Source of the DNA: a virus
Taxonomy: Duplodnaviria > Caudoviricetes
DNA: 64,000 bases
Strand: one strand, 5' to 3'
Virus record (IMG/VR): IMGVR_UViG_3300028797_000104
Coordinates: 1 to 64,000 of that record
The position numbers and the translations under genes are program-made. The notes below the pieces were generated by a model, which ran no database searches, had not been told where the DNA came from, and worked only from the letters and a program-made list of their open reading frames with translations. Shown one piece after another: positions 1 through 10,130 of the stretch (position 1 is the first letter of the stretch; every line of letters begins with the position of its first letter).

Positions 1-131
1 GAGTAGAATCTAAGTAGATTCAAAGCGCGTAGGTTCCTATAAACGGTAATAGAATATAGGAATATGATATAGTCTGTTCTATATAGTGATGTATAGAGAT
101 CAAATGGAAACGATTTGGTCGTAACATAAAG
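1..131 (+). mobile_element. Group I intron 1 of the capsid gene (3' part only)
   Basis: S element GATATAGTCTG, P9 hairpins and the AACATAAAG end shared with the other introns; the exon frame resumes at 132. Confidence 0.85.
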
Positions 132-3100
132 ATCGCAAATGATTTGGTTATAGTTCATCCTATGACTTCAATGTCTGGATATCAAATGTAAGGTATCCCT
201 TCTATAGTAATATAGATGAAAAAATACCAAGTGAATTGCTGGAAACTCCTTTTAAGAAAGGACAATCAGCAGCCAAGTATAAGTTTAATTATATTTTCGT
301 CATTTTTTATAATTTAAACTTATAAAGGTTCAGAGACTATCGAAAACATATATAAGAAGAAAAATCTTATAAAAGAAGTGAGTAGAGTACATCTTAAAAA
401 GATGGAAGCGCTTGGCATCTTATAAAGGATAAAACAATATAAGATGATGATATAGTCCGAACTTATCAGCAATGATAAGAATTTAATAGAAATATTAAGA
501 ATAACATAATTGATTACATACATTGAATACTTAGCCGGAAAGGCAAAAGGGGCAACAAGTCAGGGTGACTTATTTAATAGCCCATTCAAACTGGGAAATG
601 TTGATCCAAACTATACTGCTGACAGAGTAGTAGAAGCAGCTGCATCAGGCACTGGTGCTCAGGCATTAGCATGGACTCCAATCGTTCATGGTGCTATTCG
701 TTACAATAATGTTGATTATGACGTTAAGTTAGTAAAAGCTGGAGCCTCTGACATCTATGGTTTCTATAAGGATGCAGATAAGAAGTTCTATTCTGATGCA
801 GCTTATACAACTCAGATTAATGTTGCTTCTGATACTAAAGTAGCGTACGTTTATGACAACATTGTGGTACCATAGAACGATTTACCAACTCTGAAAGCTG
901 AAATGAAGAGCATTCCTCTGATTGCTCGCGCACGTAGAATTGCCGTATACTACTCACAAATTGCGGCATTCCAGGCAAAGACTGATTATGGGTTTGACCT
1001 TGGGGATTAGTTAGCAGAGAAAGCTGTTGGTCAGTTAAGCTATAAAAATTTTGTAGCATAATACAGTGATGTATTATTAAAAACTTCGTGAATTCATGGA
1101 AAACCTTATAAGAGTTTGTATCGCTTATATGGCAATCATGATCTAAGCTTTATAATTTAAAATAGAACATTATAATTATATTTTTGATTATAATGTAGGA
1201 CAGCATCGACGGATGTTTTCATAGAACTCCAATTTTTATGAATTACTACATTTAATATATTATTATTTTATTGATTGGAGAAATAAAATGTACGGATATA
1301 TTTATAAGACTACCGATAAGAAAACTGGTAAAATATATATTGGATAGCATCATGCACCTATATTTGAAGGATATAAATATTTGGGTAGCGGGTTAGTTAT
1401 TTCAAATATTAAAAATAAACTTTAGGAAGAAAATATTAATCTTGAATCGAGATTTGATATAGAAATGCTTGATACTGCTGAATCAAAGTTTGAATTAAAT
1501 GAGAAAGAAATTTATTGGATAAATAAATTAAATTCGAGAGATCCGGATATAGGATACAATATTTGTAAAGGTGGAGAAGCGGGTCCTGGAGGTCCGATGA
1601 TGTTAGGTCATAAGCACTCTAAAGAAACGAAAAGAAAAATGAGTGAAAATAGATCGGGGTCAAAAAATTCAAACTATGGAAATAGATGGCATCAATCAGA
1701 TGAATTAAAAGCATTACATAGTATTTTATCAGCAGGTAGTAATAATGGAATGTATGGTAAGAAGCATTCAACCGAATCAAAAAATAAAAATAGAGAATCC
1801 CATCTTGGTAAATTTGCTATATCTAATATTGAATTAGATAAAGTCATCATGGTAACAGAATCTGAATCTATTGAATATTTTAATAATGGTTGGATAAAAG
1901 GAAACATACATTGTAAAAGAGATTATAAAGAAAGAGCAACGACTATCGAAAGTATAGGTTAAGAGAAATATTTAACCAAATAAATGAGTAGAGTAGAACT
2001 TAAGTAAGTTCGAAGCGCGAAGCGTCTTATGTTTGGTAATAGAATATAAGATGATGATATAGTCTAATCTATAATGAATAAATAAATTATAGAGAATATA
2101 TGGAAACGATATATTCGTAATGAAAATGGAAATTGATACAGAAGTTGTAGAGCTTCTTGATAGCACTGCTGGTGCTGCATAGACTGACCTTCAGTGGTCA
2201 AAGACTCTCCCAGTTGGCGTTAACTACAAATTAGTTGTTTAAATTTGCGAGCGCCAACTTTAAAAAACCACATGAATTGCTGGGAAATCAATTAAAAATA
2301 GTTGACAATCAGCAGCGAAGTCCATATAATATAATATGGAAACGTTCAACGACTATCGAAAGTATAAACTAAAAGAAATATTTAGTTGAATAAACGAGTA
2401 GAGTAGGACTCAAATGAGTTCGAAGCATGTGGAATTTACTAAAGGATAAAACAATAGTAAATTATGATATAGTCTGAACTATATGGTAACATATAGAAAA
2501 TATTTTGAGAAAATTAAATATTCTTACATTTATAAATTTAATTAATGTTTATAAATGTGGGAATGAAATAAAATAATTTTCAATGAAATATTTGTAACAT
2601 AATTGAAGCAAGCAAGAACATTATCAAGGATTTATGGAAATCGTAGAAATTGGTCGCCAGTTAATTTATGATCGTACCAAGAGATTCAGCCCCAATTACA
2701 TGGTATGTGCTTCTAACCTGATTCCAGTATTAAGCTTCATTAATGGTTGGACACCTGCACCTGCAGGACAGGTTAATGGCCCATATTTCGCAGGTTAAAT
2801 AAATGAAAAATTTATTGTATATAATTATATGATAGGACAGCAGGTTGCAAACTGTTTTCAATACCTTGCTTTATTGGATTACTATCAAATATAATTTTTT
2901 ATCTTGCAAGGAGATATAACAAATGAATAAATAGGAAATAATTAATTATTATAGTATACATTCAACTAAGCAAACTTTGGAAAAGTTTAATTTATCTCGT
3001 CGTTAGTTATATAAAATACTTGATGAATTTAACATTGAGCATCATTCCCAAAAATTTAATATGAGTATTGATGGTAACGGTTTTAAAAGGAAAAAAGATT

Positions 3101-5414
3101 AGGAATTTAAACAATTATTAGATACAATAGACATTAATGAATTTTATGAATATTATCTTACTCACGCAAAAAAATATACTGCTATTAAATATAATATAAC
3201 GGAATCTAAAGTAGGATAGATTTTAGACCATTATAATTTAAAGCATTTAACCGCGTAGCAAGCATTAAATAATATTTATATTATTGAATATGGATCTATT
3301 GAGAATGGTAGACAAATTACTCATGGATCTACTATAAATAAGTTAAATTCAGAAGAATCTAAATAGAAACGAATTAATACGTGCATTGAAAAATATGGTG
3401 GACCTTCTCCTTTTTCCTCAAAAGAAATTTAGGATAAACGTAATAAAACGGTTCAGGATAAATATGGAGTATCTAATGTATCAAAATTAGATACGGTTAA
3501 AAATAAAATTAAATTAACGCATGAATCGCGCTATGGTGGAATTGGATGGGCAAGTGATAGTGGAATGACTAAATATAAAGAAACCCTTATGGAAAAATAT
3601 GGGGTTGAATATGCTTGCCAATTACCTCAATGTATAAATGCAAATCATGGATGTAATTCTGGACCTAATACTAACTTCGAGAATTTATGTAATGATAATA
3701 ATTTAATTATTGATAATAAAGAATTTGTTATTAATAATTTTCGATATGATTTTAAAATTGGAAATGTTTTAATAGAAATTAATCCGTCTTATTCCCATAA
3801 TTCAACTTTTGGATTTAAAAATACCGTTGATCCTTTAAATAAAGATTATCATTATAATAAATCTAAAATTGCTATTAATAATGGCTATAGATGTATTCAT
3901 GTATGGGATTGGGATGATCCATACAAAATAATTCAGTTATTAAAATCTAAAGAAAAAATATTTGCAAGAAAATGCCAAATAAAAGAAGTACCAAAAGAAG
4001 AAACCATTTATTTTATAAATAAATATCATTTATAGAATTATATTAAAGATGATATTAGAATTGGTTTATATTATGAAAACGAACTTATTTCTATAATGAC
4101 TTTCGGAAAACCAAGATATAATAAAAAGCACCAATATGAACTTCTTAGATATTGTTCATCAAAAAATATAATTGGAGGAGCGGAAAAATTATTTTCTTAT
4201 TTTATAGAAAAATATAACCCCGATTCAATTATCAGTTACTGCGATAAAAGTAAGTTCATAGGTAATGTTTATAAAAAACTTAATTTTATTAGTCAAGGTG
4301 AACCAAGACCCACAAGACACTGGTACAATATAAAAACAAAAAAACATATAACTGATAATCTTTTAAGACAAAGAGGATTTGATTAGTTATTTGGTACTAA
4401 TTATGGTAAAGGTACTAATAATGAATAGCTAATGTTAGAAAATGGGTTTATAGAAATATATGATTGTGGTCAAGAAACTTTTATTTGGAAAAATATATGA
4501 ATTTTTCTGTATAGCCTGGCTATACAGTGATGTATAGAATAATAAATGACTCTAATTGCTGGGAAGTCTTTAGAGCTTTAACTACTACAACATAGATTGA
4601 AAAGTCAAATGTGAAAGTTTAAAAAAGTTAAAGATTAGATAATCAGCAGCTAAGTTCCTAAAAATAATAAATTTAAGGAAAAAGTTCAACGACTATTCCT
4701 CCCAAAGAGGAAGTAGGTTCTAAGTAGAATCGAAACGGGTCACGTCTTATTAAAGACGAAGATATAGTCTGTACACATATGAAAGTATGTGCTTGGATAT
4801 TCCAAGATATAAAAGTAACGATTTTATATAAACATAATAGACACTTGGAGCGCTGAAAGTTTATGTATCTCCTGCTATGGCAGCTGGTAGATATATCATT
4901 GGCGTCAATGGTGACGATATGATGAGCTCCGTTAAACAATTAGCGGCATAAATAAGAAATTGTTTATGAAAACCTCGTGAACTCATGGAAAATCTTAATA
5001 TTTAAGGGCATAATATTAAGACAATCATGATCTAAGACTTAATAAAATTAAAGAAAGATGATATAAATTTATTAAGTAAAGAGCAACGACTATCGAAAGA
5101 CTTATCAAAAAGAAATATTTTGAATAAGAATCAAGTAGAGTAGATTTCAAGTGAAATCGAAGTGCGAGGAACCTTTAAAAGGATAAAACAATTAAAGGTT
5201 ATGATATAGTCTGAACTCCATAGTGATATGGAGAGAATAAATGGAAACGATTTATTTGTAACATAATTGAGCAGTGTATGCCCCGTACATGGCGATAGTC
5301 CCGACTCAGCTTCTCCAATATGCAGATGGTGGAACTAGCTAGGGATGGAGCACCCTTTACGATCTAAAGGTGCTTAATGCCGATCTGGTGGTAGCTGGAG
5401 AAATTGTAGCATAA
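132..5414 (+). CDS. Major capsid protein (T4 gp23-like), 5'-partial, spliced; exons 132-182, 513-1043, 2129-2220, 2606-2795, 4841-4932, 5270-5414
   Basis: Joining the exons at U.G-defined 5' sites and terminal-G 3' sites gives one frame: IANDLVIVHPMTSMSGY|ITYIEY...IARARRIAVYYS...LAEKAVGQLSY|EIDTEVVELL...PVGV|SKQEH...TKRFSPNYMVCASN...YFAG|TLGALKVYVSP...SSV|AVYAPYM...STLYDL. This matches gp23-family motifs (vQPM, LaxEI..EInrE, GtL..rykVY, YaPY). Needs TAG=Gln. Confidence 0.92.
183..512 (+). mobile_element. Group I intron 2 of the capsid gene (no ORF)
   Basis: P1 GGAUAU/GUAUCC with U.G at the splice site; core elements AATTGCTGGAAA, AATCAGCAG, GTTCAGAGACTA, GATATAGTCC; ends in G512. Confidence 0.9.
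1192..1280 (+). promoter_or_regulatory. Structured RNA leader with SD-pairing loop, copy 1
   Basis: Outer stem AAUGUAG/CUACAUU, two inner hairpins, and loop CUCCAAU complementary to AUUGGAG (SD, 1274-1280). A covarying copy lies at 2830-2913. Confidence 0.6.
1288..1962 (+). CDS. GIY-YIG homing endonuclease with NUMOD3 repeats
   Basis: MYGYIYKTT...KIYIG(TAG=Q)H...YLGSG...E.YWI...GYNI, followed by GHKHSKETKRKMS and GMYGKKHS repeats; in frame with track ORF 1465-1962. Confidence 0.9.
2221..2605 (+). mobile_element. Group I intron 4 of the capsid gene (no ORF)
   Basis: P1 GUUGGCGU/GCGCCAAC; core AATTGCTGGGAA, AATCAGCAG, GTTCAACGACTA, GATATAGTCTG; splicing rebuilds the Val codon GT|A. Confidence 0.9.
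2830..2913 (+). promoter_or_regulatory. Structured RNA leader with SD-pairing loop, copy 2
   Basis: Outer stem UGAUAG/CUAUCA, inner hairpins AGCAG/CUGUU and CAAUA/UAUUG, and loop CCUUGC complementary to GCAAGG(AG) at the SD. Confidence 0.6.
2923..4500 (+). CDS. Intron-encoded homing endonuclease (KYG repeats, Vsr/DUF559-like PD-(D/E)xK domain, Hef-like C-terminal domain)
   Basis: One frame with TAG=Q. EKYGGPSPF, DKYGVSNVS and EKYGVEYA repeats; RYDFKIGNVLIEIN; NGYRCIHVWDWD; MTFGKPRYNK..YELLRYCS..IIGGAEKLF. Confidence 0.8.
4933..5269 (+). mobile_element. Group I intron 6 of the capsid gene (no ORF)
   Basis: P1 CCGU/GCGG; core GAACTCATGGAAA, AATCATGA, GAGCAACGACTA, GATATAGTCTG; splicing rebuilds the Val codon GT|A. 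Confidence 0.9.
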
Positions 5415-5437
5415 TTAATATAAGATAAAGTTATTTT

Positions 5438-5476
5438 AGAGGGTAGTTAAATATAAATTAGCTACCCTCTTTTTTT
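5438..5476 (+). terminator. Rho-independent terminator after the capsid gene
   Basis: AGAGGGTAGTTAA / TTAGCTACCCTCT stem followed by a T run. Confidence 0.85.
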
Positions 5477-5655
5477 ATAATTATTTTTATCTTGTATATT
5501 ATATAAATAGTTGATCTTTCTATAATTTTATAATATAATTATAATGTAGAAATATCGGCTATTTGATAAAATTCTATACTTTTTATCTTAAATTTTTCTG
5601 CTATATTATTTAGAATTAAATAAATAAAATTTATATAGAAGAAGGTTGATTTTGC

Positions 5656-5988
5656 ATTAAGATACGTAAATTAGAAGATTTAAAAGACCCCGAAGAAAAG
5701 AAATTTAATAAATCAGTTCATGGTATTTTTGATTCGAGTTTTTCTGTACCATTTGAAATTCATCATTTGCGAAATAAAAATACTCTTTCAGATATTATCT
5801 TGATTCCATGGAACGAGAAATATCGTGTGCATAATTTTATTCATAATTTATTGTGGAATGAGAAACACCCCGAAAACATTAAGAAAATTAATTTAAATGA
5901 TAAAGAACAAGAAGAATTAATGAATTTTCCTGTGTATATGATTAAAGGTGAATTAATAGAAATTCCATTAAAAGATGTTTTAAACTAA
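5656..5988 (+). CDS. Small HNH-like protein (start uncertain, possibly ATT)
   Basis: FEIHHLRNKNTLSDIILIP...VHNFIH resembles an HNH motif; the frame is open from about 5650. Confidence 0.45.
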   Translation: MKIRKLEDLKDPEEKKFNKSVHGIFDSSFSVPFEIHHLRNKNTLSDIILIPWNEKYRVHNFIHNLLWNEKHPENIKKINLNDKEQEELMNFPVYMIKGELIEIPLKDVLN

Positions 5989-5997
5989 TGATTGTAG

Positions 5998-7959
5998 GTG
6001 ATTAACATTCAAAAACATATTATTTCAGAAGCATTTGAACAATTAAGTAAATCAGCAAAGTTGAATGAATCAAAACTTTCTGAAAGATATTCCTTTCCAG
6101 AAGTAGATGATGCATTAAATCATTTTTGGAATGATCTCGGAAAAGATCCTGAAGTAGATGATGTAATTGGATTTTTAGAGGATGAATACCCTGATTGGGT
6201 TCCAACTAACCCGGAAGATTATGGTAGATGGTATCATGATGTAGCAGGAGAAATTTCAGCAAGATTAAGTGAATCAAAATTCACTGAAGCTAAAATTGAC
6301 AAGAAAAAATTTAACACAGGTAAATATGAATACTTTGTGGAGATTAAATATTATGAAGAAGAGCCAGATACATTTCATGTAAGAGCAAATTCTATATCAG
6401 ATCTAGAGGATAAATTATCTAATGATGATTATATTGAATGGTTTGATGTGCTTGAAGATTCTAATGATTATGCAGAAGAAGAACTTGACGAGTCAAAATT
6501 TACAGAAGCTTCTAATTCAAAATATAAGTTTGATAAAGATGATATTGATAAGAAGATAATGGCTAAAGATTCTGAACTTCATATTAGACTTAATGATGCA
6601 GCAAAGTTGGCTCAATATCTTGATTCAAAGGGAATTTCTTATAAGATCAGAAATATTCAAGATCCAGTAACTAAGTAGAAACTAAAAGGGTTCATTATTC
6701 ATGATTATTTTTATCCAAAGAAAAATAAATCAGAAAAAGTAAAAGAATCAAAACTCACAGAAGCTCCAATGGATGTAAAAGATTATGCAGCTAGACTTAG
6801 AGCAAGAAAAGCAGAAAAAGATCAAAATTCATTAGAAAAAATTAATTCCCAAATAGATCCGGACATGTCTATAACAGATCAACTTCAAGTATATTTTGAT
6901 GAATTAGTTCCCGCTCAAGGCAAAGCAGATACGGTAGCTGGAGAATTAGTCAGAGCTATGATGAGAATTCTTTACAGAGATTATAATGATGGAGATTTAT
7001 TTTATTCAGGATATGGTAAAGAAACTTGCGGTGGCTCGGTAGTATATTTAATAGATAAAGTTGAAGATCTTGAAAGACCCTTTTCTAATATAGTAGAAAA
7101 TCAATATGAAGATCAATATTATACGACTGAATTAGAAGATGCAGCATATATATTAATTGAATATTTAAATAATCATCCTGAATTATTTACTCAAAAGAAT
7201 GAAGAAGACAGTAGAAATGTGGATGAAAATAGGTTAGATGAATATTTTAGTTTACCTCTTTATGAATTTGAGCCTGATACTTCATATGATGAATCTTATT
7301 ATGATGTAAGCGATGATGATATTGATGAATTTATTCGTGGAGTGGTATCTTCTGATTTATCTAGTGGAGACGTAAATCGTTGGGCTAGAGATGGTTGGAC
7401 TATTGTTGATTTAGACAAAGAAGATTATGATACTCTTCAGGAACTGTGGGATCGTTGGTTCAGAGATTTCTTAGCTGATTATGAACGTCAAGAAGAAGAT
7501 GAATACGAAGATGAAGAAGATTTTGAAGAATCATTAAATGAATCCGATAAACCTCTATCAAAGATGAATATTAATAAACTTCGTGAGATAGCATTATCTT
7601 TAGGAGCAGATAAGAAAAGATTATATGGAACATCAAAACAAGGTTTAATGGTAATAATTGATAAATTACGTAAAGATAACTAGAAAAGAGGAAATGATAT
7701 TATGGCTAAAGTAGCAGAAGATTTTGAATTAGGTAATCTTGAAAAGATGGGCACCAATGAATATGAGGCAAATAAAAATAGAGATAAGCACATTAAAATG
7801 TATAGAAAGTTTGCTAATATTTCAGAGTCTGAACCCATCACCGAAGAAACAATCAATGAATATGCATTAAATAAAACTGCTACATACTGTAATCGAGAAC
7901 CTGATAGAATTAAAGCAGAAATTTTAGGACAAAGGTATAGTGAATATGAGCAAGAATAA
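5998..7959 (+). CDS. Acidic multi-module putative internal head protein
   Basis: Track ORFs 5998, 6769 and 7702 are in one frame, separated only by TAG. Repeated ESK(L/F)(S/T)E linkers and a Rho-N/HeH-like module (LSKMNINKLREIALSLG). 7702-7959 has its own SD and may also be translated separately. Confidence 0.65.
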
Positions 7960-8992
7960 AAAAGTATTAAATGAGGATACTTTAGGTCAAGCAGTATAGC
8001 AAGCTCAATCTGTTATGAATGATGAAATAACAATAACAGACGAAGGAGACATAGAACAAGCATTAAATGATACATTAGCCGAGAATAAAGAAGTTCAGGC
8101 TAATGGAGAAGATGAATTTGGTTCAGTTCTTTTAATAGGGCATGCCGGAGTCGGTAAAACTGCAAGAGTTAAATAGTGGTGCAAGAACCACGGCATGAAT
8201 TTAATTTGGAAAGATGCTAAGATTATGGATATCGGAGATCTTAGAGGTTTATTTGCTCCAAATGCTGATAAAACAAGAGCAACCAATTTACCTACCGATG
8301 AATTTAATGTATTAGATCAACCCAATACCGTATTATTCCTTGATGAATTTAATAGAGCAGCGGGTAATGTACGATTCACCCTTTCTTAGTTAATAAATGA
8401 ACATAAAGTACCGGATTCAACTGCTCCTGGTGGATCTAGATTTTTTCCAAATTTAGTGATGGTTATTGCAGCAATTAACCCAGCGATGTATGGTGTATAT
8501 AATACTGATGCATTAGATGCTGCAGAACTTGATAGATTTGAAAAGGTTCAAGTTAGACCTGATAAGCATCAGGTCATGAATTATCTTGTAGCATTCTTTG
8601 AGGATAGAATGAAAAAGAATATGCAAGATGGAGATCAAGAAAGCTATAAGAAAAATCAAGGAAGAGCTGAATTAGCAAAAACTTTATTATCTAGTAGAGA
8701 ATTTGAATTTGATGATACTGATGATATAGCAGCTGCTACTGAAACTCAGTCCGGTATTCTTTCACCAAGAGGTTTACATGACGTTTTAAGAAAGTGCGAT
8801 GGTACTAAAGAAGGATTGTTAAGAAAATGGAATAATATTGCCAATCCTAATAAAAAAGGTATGGTCGAAAGAATACTAAAGAATTATTAGGATATTGATG
8901 ATAAAGCAAATTCTGTATTTAAAGATAATCCATTTAAAAATTCAGGAACTGAAAATTGGAAAAAGATACAATCAGTATTAAATAATCTTTAA
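7946..8992 (+). CDS. MoxR-type AAA+ ATPase
   Basis: Walker A GHAGVGKT, Walker B VLFLDEFNRA, AAINP and LDAAELDRF; lies next to peptidase and vWA genes. Confidence 0.88.
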
Positions 8993-9006
8993 GGAGTCAA
9001 TGAATT

Positions 9007-9645
9007 ATGTCGATGACTCGAGAAGAAAAATTTGCAAAACAATTAATAATGCGTAATTTATCTGAACAAGGATATCCGACTTATGCTAAATTATTAAATG
9101 AATTTGATTTAAATTTAACTGAAAATCCAAATGTAATTGCATTCATGGAACCTGCAAAAGGAAGAATCGTAGTTAATAGAGGACTTGAGGAAAGTCAAGT
9201 TTCTGTAGTAATTCGACATGAGATACTTCATTCGTATTTGAAACATGAAAAAAGATTATTATAGAAATTAGCTAGAGATTCTGAATTAGATTATGATGAA
9301 TTAATAAATACAGGGATGCAAGATGTACTAGATGATTTAAAAAATAAATTATATAGTAATGATGATTTTAATATTGCGGCAGATTACGAAATATCAAATT
9401 TAGCATATACTGATGTAGATAAAGATACTATAAGATAGATTAATATCAATGGTTAGATATTATCTGGATTAGTTACAGAAGATCAACATCCTGATTGGGT
9501 AGATTATTCAGTAGAGGATATGTATTAGGAATTAGTAAATCAAAGAAAAAGAGATGAAAACAAATTAGATGATTCGATGCATCTTGGTTAGTTAAAAGAT
9601 AAAACTACATTTATAGATTTGAACGGGGTGGTATATGGAATATGA
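9007..9645 (+). CDS. DUF2201 N-terminal-type metallopeptidase
   Basis: IRHEILH (HExxH) and FNIAADYEISN motifs. Confidence 0.8.
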
Positions 9646-10130
9646 AAATATTAAAAGAAGAAACTAAATACCATCATGGTTCATTTAAAGATTTACAAAC
9701 ATTCTTAGATAAGAATGGAGATCCATACACACTAATACAATCTGATTATCCTCAAGATAAAAACAATAACAGTAAAAATAATTCTAATAAGTCTAGTGAT
9801 TCTCAGAAGGATAATTAGAACGATACTTAGAGTAATAGTCAAAAGCAAAATAATAATAACAATTCAAATAATCAATCAAGTAATTAGAATCAATAGAATA
9901 GTTAGTAGAATAATCAATCTAATAATCAGTAGAATTAGAGTAATAATTAGAATCAACAACAGAATAATAATAATTAGCAATAGCAAAATTAGAATTCATA
10001 GCAACAAGATTAGAAAAAAGTTCCACCGGATCCAAATGCATCTTATGTTGATGTCAGTACAGGATTTGAATATAAATGGGATCCATAGAAAAATCAATTT
10101 ATAAAGGTAGGTAAATATCGTGCCAAATAA
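9642..10130 (+). CDS. Gln/Asn-rich low-complexity linker protein
   Basis: ATG overlaps the upstream stop; N/Q/S tract with about 15 TAG codons mixed with CAA and CAG; ends in TAA. Confidence 0.8.

Larger units (their letters stand above)
1044..2128 (+). mobile_element. Group I intron 3 of the capsid gene, carrying a GIY-YIG endonuclease
   Basis: P1 GCUAU/GUAGC; core GAATTCATGGAAA, AATCATGA, GAGCAACGACTA, GATATAGTCTA; removal joins LSY|EIDTE in frame. Confidence 0.9.
2796..4840 (+). mobile_element. Group I intron 5 of the capsid gene, with an endonuclease ORF in the P1 loop
   Basis: Exon CAGGU pairs with GCCUG at 4514-4518, after the ORF; core elements lie at about 4550-4790; ends in G4840, joining YFAG|TLGALKV. 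Confidence 0.88.

Noticed and set aside
2923-4500. IStron or RNA-guided nuclease (TnpB/IscB) in intron 5
   Set aside because: No RuvC motifs, zinc finger or transposase; the motifs fit a Vsr/Hef-like homing endonuclease.
9780-10015. Possible CRISPR or tandem DNA array
   Set aside because: It is trinucleotide-level coding low complexity with no repeat-spacer structure. No CRISPR array was seen in the window.
9796-10104. Ile/Arg-rich track ORF
   Set aside because: It is an off-frame reading of the Q/N repeat gene at 9642-10130.
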